Part shown: positions 1-8,738 of the stretch, one piece after another
Layout of the letters: every line of letters starts with the position of its first letter
How positions within the stretch are numbered: the stretch's first letter is position 1
Source: a virus
Lineage: Duplodnaviria; Caudoviricetes
Direction: 5' to 3' (one strand)
DNA: 64,000 nt
Virus record (IMG/VR): IMGVR_UViG_3300028048_001915
Coordinates: 1 to 64,000 of that record
Position numbers and translations under genes: made by a program
The notes under the pieces: generated by a model
The model's database searches: none
What the model saw: the letters and a program-made list of their open reading frames with translations, nothing else
What the model was told of the DNA's origin: nothing

Positions 1-913
1 ATGTATGTTCTCTTAATTTTTTATTTTTTTCAGTAAATGCTTCCGATACAGATATTTGTTGTAATTGACCTTTAAAAAACTTTTTTTTACTTGAAAATAA
101 TGAATCTTCTTTTGTTAATTCTAAATTCATATGACTTCTTTTATTTTTTTTAGGAATATACTCGTAATAGATTTTTCTTAAATTTTGTAATATCAAGTTT
201 GATGTTTCTGGATCATTAAATGTGTGGCAAGGTATTTTGAATCGTTGTGTTTTGTGGGGGTGGAATTTCCAGGAACCTATCATGTCTTGCGGGGCATTTT
301 TCACGAAGTCATCTAATGTTATGCAGTTATGGTATTTTGATGTTGCTTTCATGAAATCCCCCCATGTGAGAGATAATGCGTCTGTTATTCTCATCCCTGT
401 TGATTGTAAGAATTTTATTAAGCTACTGTGTGTTAGTGGTGCATCTGCCATTACAAATTTAAAATCTTCTTTGGATAATAAATTCCATTTGGGGGTTGTT
501 TCGTTTAGTTTGTCAAATGAAGGGATTTTGATGTTATAAAAGTTTAGTATTGCTGTGATTAGTACAAGATAGTTGTTAATGGAGCTTGTTGCTAGTGATT
601 GTTTGCAGTATGAGATGAATTTGTTAATGTAATTGTTTATATATGAGTCTGGACTGTTTATGTCGAATGATATTATTTGTTTTTCTACTATTCTGTTTCC
701 TTCAGTGTCTTCGCCTATGTTTATTGTTTTTTCTATTATTCTGTCTTGTTGTGTTTTGCAGTTGTTTATTATGGTGGTTAGTGTTTCGTTTGTGGCTTGG
801 TGGAGTTTTGTTAGTGCGGATATGTATTGTTTTTTTGTTTTTTCAGATAGATTGGGTTTGCTTCTTAAAAAATTTTGGAATAATTCATCTTCTATGATTT
901 TATAATTTTGCAT
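1..913 (-). CDS. Tyrosine recombinase/integrase, truncated at the left window edge (not in the ORF track)
   Basis: Manual translation from ATG at 913 (upstream AGGTGG SD-like) stays open to position 1: MQNYKIIEDELFQNFLRSKPNLSEKTKKQYISAL...LIKFLQSTGMRITDALSLTWGDF...KFHPHKTQRFK. Contains the box I TGxRxxD/E motif and an N-terminal core-binding-like segment. Confidence 0.85.
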   Translation of the reverse strand, partial: MQNYKIIEDELFQNFLRSKPNLSEKTKKQYISALTKLHQATNETLTTIINNCKTQQDRIIEKTINIGEDTEGNRIVEKQIISFDINSPDSYINNYINKFISYCKQSLATSSINNYLVLITAILNFYNIKIPSFDKLNETTPKWNLLSKEDFKFVMADAPLTHSSLIKFLQSTGMRITDALSLTWGDFMKATSKYHNCITLDDFVKNAPQDMIGSWKFHPHKTQRFKIPCHTFNDPETSNLILQNLRKIYYEYIPKKNKRSHMNLELTKEDSLFSSKKKFFKGQLQQISVSEAFTEKNKKLREHT

Positions 914-1146
914 TTTTTTTTCAACCACCTTTTTTTTGTTATAATAGATTATTTATTGTAGGTGGTTTTTATATTTTTGTTAAGATATTTTCTAGTAGTT
1001 ATCTTATTCATGTTTAAGTTATTTCTAAACGATATCTTATTAATGTATTGTTTTTAAGTTTTGGTTTTTTGGTGTGTTTTTTGTTTATAACTCTAAATTT
1101 CACTAAAAGTGAACAAAATATAACAATGTGATTATGCATTATTTAT

Positions 1147-1180
1147 AAAAAAAAGACCAGGTCAAAACAATGACCCGGTC
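1147..1180 (-). terminator. Hairpin plus T-tract downstream of the 1230..2267 recombinase
   Basis: Minus strand GACCGGGTCA-TTGTTT-TGACCTGGTC followed by T8. Confidence 0.55.
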
Positions 1181-1229
1181 CATGCTGTGATAATATAACA
1201 TATAATCACATCAAGTATATAAAAATTAC

Positions 1230-2267
1230 TCACAAAATATTCAACTCCTTACCAGACAAAAAAATATTAACATTAATAGTAAACTCCTGATTCACCACAT
1301 CAGGCACATCATTAGCATTAATCATAACATTACCCATAACATCCATATAAATCTTCTTCAACCGCTTAGGATTAGTCTTAATATAAGTCTCATGAATAAC
1401 ATTCTTACTCCTACCCTGCAAACTATCAACATACTCAGCAGCTAATCCAATATTAGAAGCATGAAACTTACGCAAACTATGACTACGGAAAAACCTATAA
1501 TTACCTTTAAAACCCCAACCCATACGGTCATTAATCTCCTGAAACCTCAACAATAACCTTGATGGAGTAAAATCAAACAACTTATCAGACAACTTCAAAT
1601 CTTCCCTAGTCTTCAAATACTTAATAATATAATCCGTAGCTTCAGGACTACAAAAAGTATAATAATACTTATCAGTCTTAATCCTCTTCAAATACAAAGT
1701 AGGAACAACATTATGCTTATTACTTAAAGTATCAAGAATATAATCCAAAGAACCACCAGTATGATAATCTTGACAACCTATAATAAATTGTTCAACAGTT
1801 AAAGATAATGTTTCAGCTTTAGCAGTACCACTACTGGACATGAATAAAATAACTGCTTTCAAATCAATAGAAGAAATATCTAACGCTTCTCGGATATGAT
1901 GCTTACTTGGAAGATCTAAATAGTTAATTTCATAATCAATATCATATTTAGCTTGCGGAAGATTAGGAATGGTAACTTCAAAATGATTATAAACAGTTTT
2001 AATCTTTTGAATATAAGTCTTCAAAGTATTATGTGACATTTTACTATCAAATAAGAAATTACGATAAGATATTAATCTTTTTTTCAATTTTCTATCCTTC
2101 AATGGTATTTTTTCTTCTTCCTCATGTAATGCTTCATCAATCAAATATTCTAGTGAATGCTTTTGAACTTTAACATAATGTTGAATAGCTGACTGATATC
2201 CTTTACGAGTACTCTCTTTTATATGTCGTTCTTTACAGAATTTATTGAATATTTTTTCATTATACAT
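1230..2267 (-). CDS. Tyrosine recombinase (archaeal integrase-like); candidate cassette invertase
   Basis: 345 aa with ILFMSSSGTAKAETLSL (box I region), KRIKT, HSLRKF (HxxR), LQGR and HETY (catalytic Tyr). Confidence 0.85.
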   Translation of the reverse strand: MYNEKIFNKFCKERHIKESTRKGYQSAIQHYVKVQKHSLEYLIDEALHEEEEKIPLKDRKLKKRLISYRNFLFDSKMSHNTLKTYIQKIKTVYNHFEVTIPNLPQAKYDIDYEINYLDLPSKHHIREALDISSIDLKAVILFMSSSGTAKAETLSLTVEQFIIGCQDYHTGGSLDYILDTLSNKHNVVPTLYLKRIKTDKYYYTFCSPEATDYIIKYLKTREDLKLSDKLFDFTPSRLLLRFQEINDRMGWGFKGNYRFFRSHSLRKFHASNIGLAAEYVDSLQGRSKNVIHETYIKTNPKRLKKIYMDVMGNVMINANDVPDVVNQEFTINVNIFLSGKELNIL

Positions 2268-2502
2268 AAGAAATAGTATAAGTTAAATCTAATAAAAAAA
2301 TAGGCCAAAAAACATTAAAATATAATGTTAATTAGCCTTGGAACTTATTATTTTCCCATCAGCATTTTAAAGTGATTAAAATATTGAGTGCTCTATCTTC
2401 TTATTTTTTTTTAGTTTAATGTCTTTATTTTTATTTTCGCATTCTCTGCTACTTTTAAATTTAGACAGATTAATGCATCATTTGGGATGATTAAATATAT
2501 AA

Positions 2503-3798
2503 TTACCTATATAAGTTTTCAAGGAACCATGAAGGATTTACAGCCCAAGTAGTACCATCAAGACACCAACAATAAGTAACACCTTGACCATTATCAGACA
2601 ACACTGCTGCAGGGTCACGGTTGATCCATTGACCACCTGTGTTAGTTGGATGTCTGAATTGTAATCTGACATGCCCGTCCCCACCACGGCAACCAACATG
2701 TATACACCTGACATCATAACCTAATGCTTTTGCTATATGCCAGAACCAATGGCATAAATCAGTACAATTAGCACCTAACCATTTATACACTCTATTCGCA
2801 GTTTCCTTGTTGGTGTAACGGTCATCATAGTAATAAGCATAACCTCTACCATTAACTTTAGCTAATGCACCATCGATAGTAGATACTTCACCAAATTTTG
2901 CTTCAAAATCTTCAAGTATTTGTTGTTCATAACTCTTTGGTTGTGGTTTTGGTGCTTCTTTAATATTGATTTTATTTTCAACACTTGATGATGCATATTT
3001 GTTGTTACCTGTGAATTCTGCACGAAGAATATAACTTCCTGGTTGTAAGTTAATATTCAATTTATATAATCCTTCACTGTTTGGTGTTTTCTTATATGTG
3101 ACCCCGTTAACTGTGATGTTTACAGTTCCAGCAACTCGTTCATCACCAGAATATACAGCACATTGGTATGGAGTATCTTCACCATAAGTTTTATTGATAT
3201 CAGTTCCTTCCATTCTTGTAGGTTTTGGAGGTTCTTCATCTATATGTATCTTATTCTTTTTGGTGATTCCAGCACATTTTGTAAGTATTTCATAATCTCC
3301 TTTCACAAGATTAATAGGTAAAACAGCTAATCCATTTTTATCAGTGATTCTTTCATAAGATATACTGTTAACAATAAAAATAATTTTAGCATTAACTATT
3401 TTTTGATGATTAATATCAGATAATACTGCTTGGAATTTACTACCATCTTTTTCCCTCATGTTTAAATCACAAGTTCCAATTATTGGATTAACAGTTACTT
3501 TACAATAAGCATTCACATAATTATAATCATCATCAACAAACTCAATTTTAGGATCATAAGAACCCACAGGTAAATTAATATTCAATCTACTAATACCATT
3601 ACTATCAGTTTTCCTTTGATAAGTAACACCATTAATCTCAATAGTAACATTCTTATCAGATAATGGAGTATTACCTTCAAACAAACCTATTTCTAAAGGG
3701 TCCTTTTCACCAAAAGTTTTAGTTAAATCCTTTGTGATTAAACGAGCATTCTTTTTATTATTACCAAATAAATTTTTTAAAAAATCTAAAAAACTCAT
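2503..3798 (-). CDS. Endolysin, pseudomurein endoisopeptidase (PeiW/PeiP-like C71 peptidase) with N-terminal Ig-like repeats
   Basis: C-terminal GANCTDLC...GYDVRCIHVGCRGGDGHVRLQF...WINRDPAAVL gives the Cys-His-Asp pattern of Pei enzymes. The N-terminus has three Methanobrevibacter adhesin-type Ig-like repeats (TIxxNGVTYxxxTxxxG...LNINL). Confidence 0.85.
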   Translation of the reverse strand: MSFLDFLKNLFGNNKKNARLITKDLTKTFGEKDPLEIGLFEGNTPLSDKNVTIEINGVTYQRKTDSNGISRLNINLPVGSYDPKIEFVDDDYNYVNAYCKVTVNPIIGTCDLNMREKDGSKFQAVLSDINHQKIVNAKIIFIVNSISYERITDKNGLAVLPINLVKGDYEILTKCAGITKKNKIHIDEEPPKPTRMEGTDINKTYGEDTPYQCAVYSGDERVAGTVNITVNGVTYKKTPNSEGLYKLNINLQPGSYILRAEFTGNNKYASSSVENKINIKEAPKPQPKSYEQQILEDFEAKFGEVSTIDGALAKVNGRGYAYYYDDRYTNKETANRVYKWLGANCTDLCHWFWHIAKALGYDVRCIHVGCRGGDGHVRLQFRHPTNTGGQWINRDPAAVLSDNGQGVTYCWCLDGTTWAVNPSWFLENLYR

Positions 3799-3938
3799 AA
3801 ATATCCTTTCTCCTCTTGTCTTGTTTCACGTATCAAGCATTTTTGATTAATTAAGTAACAACATTTTTCTAAGTCATGGCTGCATGTATTTCTTTGGCAG
3901 CAACCTTGACATTCTTGTATTTGTTCTACTTGTTGCAT
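3795..3938 (-). CDS. 47-aa Cys-rich protein (not in the ORF track)
   Basis: AAAGGTGAAGA-ATG start; MQQVEQIQECQGCCQRNTCSHDLEKCCYLINQKCLIRETRQEEKGYL; its TGA overlaps the endolysin ATG (ATGA). Confidence 0.6.
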   Translation of the reverse strand: MQQVEQIQECQGCCQRNTCSHDLEKCCYLINQKCLIRETRQEEKGYL

Positions 3939-3947
3939 TCTTCACCT

Positions 3948-4214
3948 TTATTTCGGATTTTTAGGGATGGTTATTTTTTCTTCTTCTTCGTTTACAATTG
4001 CTTTAACGATTGTTCTTTTTCCTGTTGGTGTGAATCCGCAGATTGCTGTTCCGTCATTGTTGGTGAGGGTTTCAGCTAGTAATTCATCATCTTTTTCAAA
4101 TCTTATTCTTGTTGATGGTGAATCGGTTTCTGCGGTGATTTCGATTATTTCTATTTCGATTATTTCTTCTTCTTCAAATTCTTCTTTTTTTAATTCGTAT
4201 TTTAAGTTTATCAT
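3948..4214 (-). CDS. Hypothetical acidic protein (88 aa; start revised from 4304 to 4214)
   Basis: GAGGT SD upstream of ATG at 4214 (MINLKYELKKEEF...). Confidence 0.6.
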   Translation of the reverse strand: MINLKYELKKEEFEEEEIIEIEIIEITAETDSPSTRIRFEKDDELLAETLTNNDGTAICGFTPTGKRTIVKAIVNEEEEKITIPKNPK

Positions 4215-4290
4215 TTTTCTTTGATACCTCAGTTTAATTTTTTTTCTGTTGAGTTTTGTATGAGATATGAACATGATTTTGGTGATGATT

Positions 4291-4725
4291 GTGAAAGATA
4301 ACAATAACTTATTAGATTACAATCAATGGTGTGCAGATTATGATAAAAATGAAAACATATTTTATCATGGTGCAGGAATGAAGGTACAATGCAGTAATGA
4401 AATATCAAGCATTGGAGAAAATTCATTCAAAACAATACAAATAGGAACAACGCAGTTATGGGCAGAAGTTAGAAAAACTTCTAATAATACACAATTCACT
4501 GGTGTTATTGATGTTTATAATCCGAATAATACTGGTAATTTTATAATGGTATTAACATATACCGATAATACTCAATCATCAACAAATATCTATATTCCCC
4601 CGTCAGAGGTTTTACAAAAAGATATTAGTTGTAATATTGATGCAATAAATGGTAAAACTGTATCCTATGTTTCATTAAGAGTTTCATTAGATAAGGGTTA
4701 TATTGATAATTTAAGATTAAATTAA
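4291..4725 (+). CDS. Variable cassette 1 (CBM4/9-like beta-sandwich, 144 aa)
   Basis: VKDNNNLLDYNQW...SIGENSFKTI...YIDNLRL; starts at site 4291, preceded by GGTGATGATT. Confidence 0.8.
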   Translation: MKDNNNLLDYNQWCADYDKNENIFYHGAGMKVQCSNEISSIGENSFKTIQIGTTQLWAEVRKTSNNTQFTGVIDVYNPNNTGNFIMVLTYTDNTQSSTNIYIPPSEVLQKDISCNIDAINGKTVSYVSLRVSLDKGYIDNLRLN

Positions 4726-4729
4726 ATCT

Positions 4730-5173
4730 GTGAAAGAAAACCAAAACACACTAGGCTATAATGTATGGAGTGCAAGCGAATATAAAAACAACCTAGAAGA
4801 TATATACTATATCCCAAACACGGTAAAAGCCAATCCGAGTACCATATGGTCTACTATAGGTGAACAATCACTACATCTAACAACCACTACAGACGGTTTT
4901 CAAGCAGTAATCATTAAACAAATAACCTCAACAAGTAATAAAACTCTAATTGTAAACTGTGATATACTACATCAAAAAGGAGGTACCTGCCAATTAAGAA
5001 TGGTTGAAACAGGAAATATATATACTGAGGTTAATATTCCAGTAAACAGTGATACACAACACATTAGTTTATCCAAACAGACAACAGTAGATGGTACTGT
5101 TCAAGTAATATTAATTTTAAGGAGTAATACTGATGAGATATATATTGATAATATTAGTTTAACTACTAGTTAA
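4730..5173 (+). CDS. Variable cassette 2 (147 aa)
   Basis: VKENQNTLGYNVWSASEY...TIGEQSLHL...YIDNISL. Confidence 0.8.
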   Translation: MKENQNTLGYNVWSASEYKNNLEDIYYIPNTVKANPSTIWSTIGEQSLHLTTTTDGFQAVIIKQITSTSNKTLIVNCDILHQKGGTCQLRMVETGNIYTEVNIPVNSDTQHISLSKQTTVDGTVQVILILRSNTDEIYIDNISLTTS

Positions 5174-5575
5174 CACCATATCATCAATAAATAAATCATC
5201 AGAACCATAATTCAACAAACGAATACGACAATTACTTAAATCACTAAAAGAACCGGATAAACTAAAACTAGTGAAAGAATCAGTTACTGGAATACCAATA
5301 TCGGCCATTATATCATTATTCTGTAACAACCTTAATACTGCAACCGCCCCTGATTTATTTAATATTTTACAAGATAATGTATATTGACCGGTACGTGGTA
5401 GAGAAATTGTTGTATCACTCCACCAACGACTGCTTGTTCTTTTTGCTCTTATAGAATATTCTCCAATGGATGAATATTTGTTTGTTAATTCTGCTTCGTT
5501 GTAAAATCCGTTTATTCCATTATAATCCCCACAACCCCATTGATTATAACTTAGTATGTTATTGGTATCTTTCAC
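5159..5575 (-). CDS. Variable cassette 3 (138 aa)
   Basis: VKDTNNILSYNQWGCGDY...SIGEYSIRA...FIDDMVL; converges on cassette 2. Confidence 0.8.
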   Translation of the reverse strand: MKDTNNILSYNQWGCGDYNGINGFYNEAELTNKYSSIGEYSIRAKRTSSRWWSDTTISLPRTGQYTLSCKILNKSGAVAVLRLLQNNDIMADIGIPVTDSFTSFSLSGSFSDLSNCRIRLLNYGSDDLFIDDMVLTSS

Positions 5576-5581
5576 AGACTA

Positions 5582-6052
5582 TTAATGTAACCTAAAATTG
5601 GTACTGTAAATAGTACCATTACTAACAGATGGCATAATCCGGAATTGTAACTGTGTTTCACCACCAACAAACTCATTTGAATTAATACTTATTGATGGAG
5701 AAGTATTGCTACCGGCGGGAATGGTCAATGTTTTAACAATAGTATTTGTACCTGAAGAAATATTTCTTGCAATGAAATATAATATTACATTTACAGTAGT
5801 GTAAATATCTACCTGCATAGTATAATTCTTATTTGTATTTGGGTTATTATCCATTAATACTATGTATTGAGGATTATCTACTTTTTGCATTATGGAATAC
5901 TCACCAATTGAAGAATAATTATCAGAATAAGTATATCCATCATCATTAGTAGTTGCAGATAATTTGAAATCCTCATATGTTCCCCGCGGTACTTTACCAA
6001 GGTATTCTGGTGTCCATAATTCATGGGGTAGTATATTGTTGGTATCTTTCAC
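5582..6052 (-). CDS. Variable cassette 4 (156 aa)
   Basis: VKDTNNILPHELWTPEY...SIGEYSIMQ...YSTNFRL. Confidence 0.8.
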   Translation of the reverse strand: MKDTNNILPHELWTPEYLGKVPRGTYEDFKLSATTNDDGYTYSDNYSSIGEYSIMQKVDNPQYIVLMDNNPNTNKNYTMQVDIYTTVNVILYFIARNISSGTNTIVKTLTIPAGSNTSPSISINSNEFVGGETQLQFRIMPSVSNGTIYSTNFRLH

Positions 6053-6055
6053 AAA

Positions 6056-6502
6056 CTATACACTTATCAATCTCCAATCATCTGATAAAACATAACCTGA
6101 AGCATTAGATAGTACACGATATACAACAGTAGTGGTTGATGATGGGATACTCATAGACAAAGAAACATCACCAACAAAATCTGATGGAATATTAATATGT
6201 TGGTCTGTCCATTCCTCATTGTTAAATAAACTAATACATAACTTATGGACTCCATTATATGCATTTTTAGTGTTTACATTTACTGTGAACATAACTGTTT
6301 TCCCAACACCCAATGTTCCTCTTGCATCTATATAAAAATTTCCTGTATCTTGTTTTTTTATTTTCATACAAGATTCGCCAATCTCTGAATATTGGTTTGT
6401 TATATCTGATGAGCAGTTTATTTTGGTATAGTCCTTGAGGTTTTCATTATATTCTCCACATGTCCAAATATTATGTGGGAATAGGTTATTGTTATCTTTC
6501 AC
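6056..6502 (-). CDS. Variable cassette 5 (148 aa)
   Basis: VKDNNNLFPHNIWTCGEY...EIGESCMKI...LSDDWRL. Confidence 0.8.
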   Translation of the reverse strand: MKDNNNLFPHNIWTCGEYNENLKDYTKINCSSDITNQYSEIGESCMKIKKQDTGNFYIDARGTLGVGKTVMFTVNVNTKNAYNGVHKLCISLFNNEEWTDQHINIPSDFVGDVSLSMSIPSSTTTVVYRVLSNASGYVLSDDWRLISV

Positions 6503-6960
6503 TAACTTACACTTAATGATATATCATCAACAAATGTAAGACAACCAATATCACCATAATTAGTTATGTTAATCGCATATGTAGTTGCAGTATTATTCGC
6601 AGGAATATTCAGTGATACAGTAACTGGAATATTAGGAGATATTACATCCAGTAAAGTGGAATCTACAATTTCACCATTTGAATTAGTGGAATATAAGATT
6701 ATTGTTGTATTTTTATTAGAGTTAGATAATACTGTTAATTTTCCAGTTACAATACCTGTTAATGTTCCATGATATTCTACTCTGAAACCTGTTTGAGTTG
6801 ATCCTAATTTGGTTGCCTTTAAACTTGATTCCCCGATTTTTGACCAGGTATTTGTTGATTCTCTTCTTGTTCCAATTCCGCCCAGAAATCCAGTTGTACT
6901 TAGAGTATATTCGGTACATGACCATTGGTCATGTGTTAATAGATTACTAGTATCTTTCAC
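6502..6960 (-). CDS. Variable cassette 6 (152 aa)
   Basis: VKDTSNLLTHDQWSCTEY...KIGESSLKA...FVDDISL. Confidence 0.8.
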   Translation of the reverse strand: MKDTSNLLTHDQWSCTEYTLSTTGFLGGIGTRRESTNTWSKIGESSLKATKLGSTQTGFRVEYHGTLTGIVTGKLTVLSNSNKNTTIILYSTNSNGEIVDSTLLDVISPNIPVTVSLNIPANNTATTYAINITNYGDIGCLTFVDDISLSVS

Positions 6961-7400
6961 TAACTTACAGTAATATTAATATCATCAACATAGCAAACAC
7001 CAATATCCATAGAAACAAAGAGTAATCTAATAGAATTAGAATGAGGAGTAAATGAAATAATGTGTTGATTAAAACTTTTATTAACAGGTATATTAGTAAT
7101 TACCACTTCAGATATGTCATTATTATTTTGTAATCTCATATCTAATGAGTTATTATTCGGATTATAAACCATTACTTTTGCAGTTATTGTTTTTTCTTCT
7201 TCAAGTGTAATATCTAAATAGGAATAATTTAATATGGAATTTTTTGTTTTTATTTTATAACTTTTTTCACCATTGTATGATGCATCAGATGAACTATTAA
7301 TTATAATTTCATTATTTCTTGCTTTTAAATCTGATGATATATTATTATATTCTGATCCACTCCAAATATTATATGATAGTAGATTACTGGTATCTTTCAC
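6960..7400 (-). CDS. Variable cassette 7 (146 aa)
   Basis: VKDTSNLLSYNIWSGSEY...YNGEKSYKI...YVDDINI. Confidence 0.8.
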   Translation of the reverse strand: MKDTSNLLSYNIWSGSEYNNISSDLKARNNEIIINSSSDASYNGEKSYKIKTKNSILNYSYLDITLEEEKTITAKVMVYNPNNNSLDMRLQNNNDISEVVITNIPVNKSFNQHIISFTPHSNSIRLLFVSMDIGVCYVDDINITVS

Positions 7401-7849
7401 TAACTTATACTTAAATATAAATCATCAATATACATAGAAGAATATTTATCACCATGATTAGAGAATTGAATTCCAAATCTAGAATTATCATTACCCGAAT
7501 TTAAAGAAACAGTAAATACAGCACAACTACCAGCAGGTATTGTAACTCTATTTGTAGTAATAATATTATTTCCGGAGATTTCAATTAATATTAGTTCACC
7601 AGAATTATTTGTTTTAATCATAGCTGATGCAGTTACTGTTTTATTAATTATACTATTATCATATGATACTCTTGCATATGTACCAGAATCAGCTTTTTTG
7701 GTTAATTTTATTGATTGTTCACCAATACTTGAATAGTCATTTGTACATATACGATCTGTCATGGGTGCTGTATAAAATATTTCAGGATAGTTTTCATATT
7801 CACCAGCACTCCATTGATTATGAGATAGTAAGTTATTGTTATCTTTCAC
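7400..7849 (-). CDS. Variable cassette 8 (149 aa)
   Basis: VKDNNNLLSHNQWSAGEY...SIGEQSIKL...YIDDLYL. Confidence 0.8.
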   Translation of the reverse strand: MKDNNNLLSHNQWSAGEYENYPEIFYTAPMTDRICTNDYSSIGEQSIKLTKKADSGTYARVSYDNSIINKTVTASAMIKTNNSGELILIEISGNNIITTNRVTIPAGSCAVFTVSLNSGNDNSRFGIQFSNHGDKYSSMYIDDLYLSIS

Positions 7850-8298
7850 TAACTTAAACTTATATTATCAATATAAAATGATTTATTCTCAGTACGTGGG
7901 AACACACGAATACTAATATTACCTCCCGAATATATTGATGTATCACCAGTAACACTAATTTCGACAGGCTTATCATTCATTGGAACATTAACATAAGCAA
8001 TATTATGTGCTGTTGTTGTGTGGAATAAATTAATCATTACATCACATTCTGGAGTATATATTATAAATTTACCTGTGATTGTTTTGTTTGGATTAGTTAT
8101 TTTGAATAAATCAATATTGACCCATGAGGGAATGTTTTTTGTTGTTATTTTTAAACTTGATTCTCCAATATTTGAAAAATCGTTTGATTGGTTTATTATG
8201 ATATTGTTTGGGCTGTTATTGTAAATGTTTGTTGTATCGTGATTATACTCTGTAGCTGACCAAACATTATAATCTAATAGGTTATTGTTATCTTTCAC
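7849..8298 (-). CDS. Variable cassette 9 (149 aa)
   Basis: VKDNNNLLDYNVWSATEY...NIGESSLKI...YIDNISL. Confidence 0.8.
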   Translation of the reverse strand: MKDNNNLLDYNVWSATEYNHDTTNIYNNSPNNIIINQSNDFSNIGESSLKITTKNIPSWVNIDLFKITNPNKTITGKFIIYTPECDVMINLFHTTTAHNIAYVNVPMNDKPVEISVTGDTSIYSGGNISIRVFPRTENKSFYIDNISLS

Positions 8299-8738
8299 TA
8301 ACTCACAGTTGAAATAATATTATCAACATACACCGAACCAATACCATCAATAAACATTCTTAAACCCATATTACCATAATTGACTGGGATAACCCCAGTA
8401 ACACTTACATGTTTACTATTATCTGATGGAGGTACAGTTATTGTAGTAATATTAGAATTATTATCACTTTTTAATCTACATCTAACAGATACAGTCGGAT
8501 TATACATAACTAATGAAATAGTAAATGTTTTACCCTCTGTTAGTCCAGTTATTTTTTGCAGTTCCATAAACTCATTTGCCTGCGCACATGTTATTTTTAA
8601 ACTGTTTTCCCCAATACTTGAAAAATCATTAGAGGGTATTAATTGGATATTCTCTGTTTTATCAAAATCATCAGTATTGTTATTGTATTCTGTACATGAC
8701 CATACATTATAATTGTATAGATTATTTGTATCTTTCAC
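8298..8738 (-). CDS. Variable cassette 10 (146 aa)
   Basis: VKDTNNLYNYNVWSCTEY...SIGENSLKI...YVDNIIS. Confidence 0.8.
   Translation of the reverse strand: MKDTNNLYNYNVWSCTEYNNNTDDFDKTENIQLIPSNDFSSIGENSLKITCAQANEFMELQKITGLTEGKTFTISLVMYNPTVSVRCRLKSDNNSNITTITVPPSDNSKHVSVTGVIPVNYGNMGLRMFIDGIGSVYVDNIISTVS

Noticed and set aside
3948-4304. Track start at 4304 overlapping cassette 1
   Set aside because: A GAGGT SD supports ATG 4214; the extension would run across the boundary motif at 4291.
5271-5280. GTGAAAGAAT on the + strand inside cassette 3
   Set aside because: The following frame is short and not cassette-like; at most a cryptic site.
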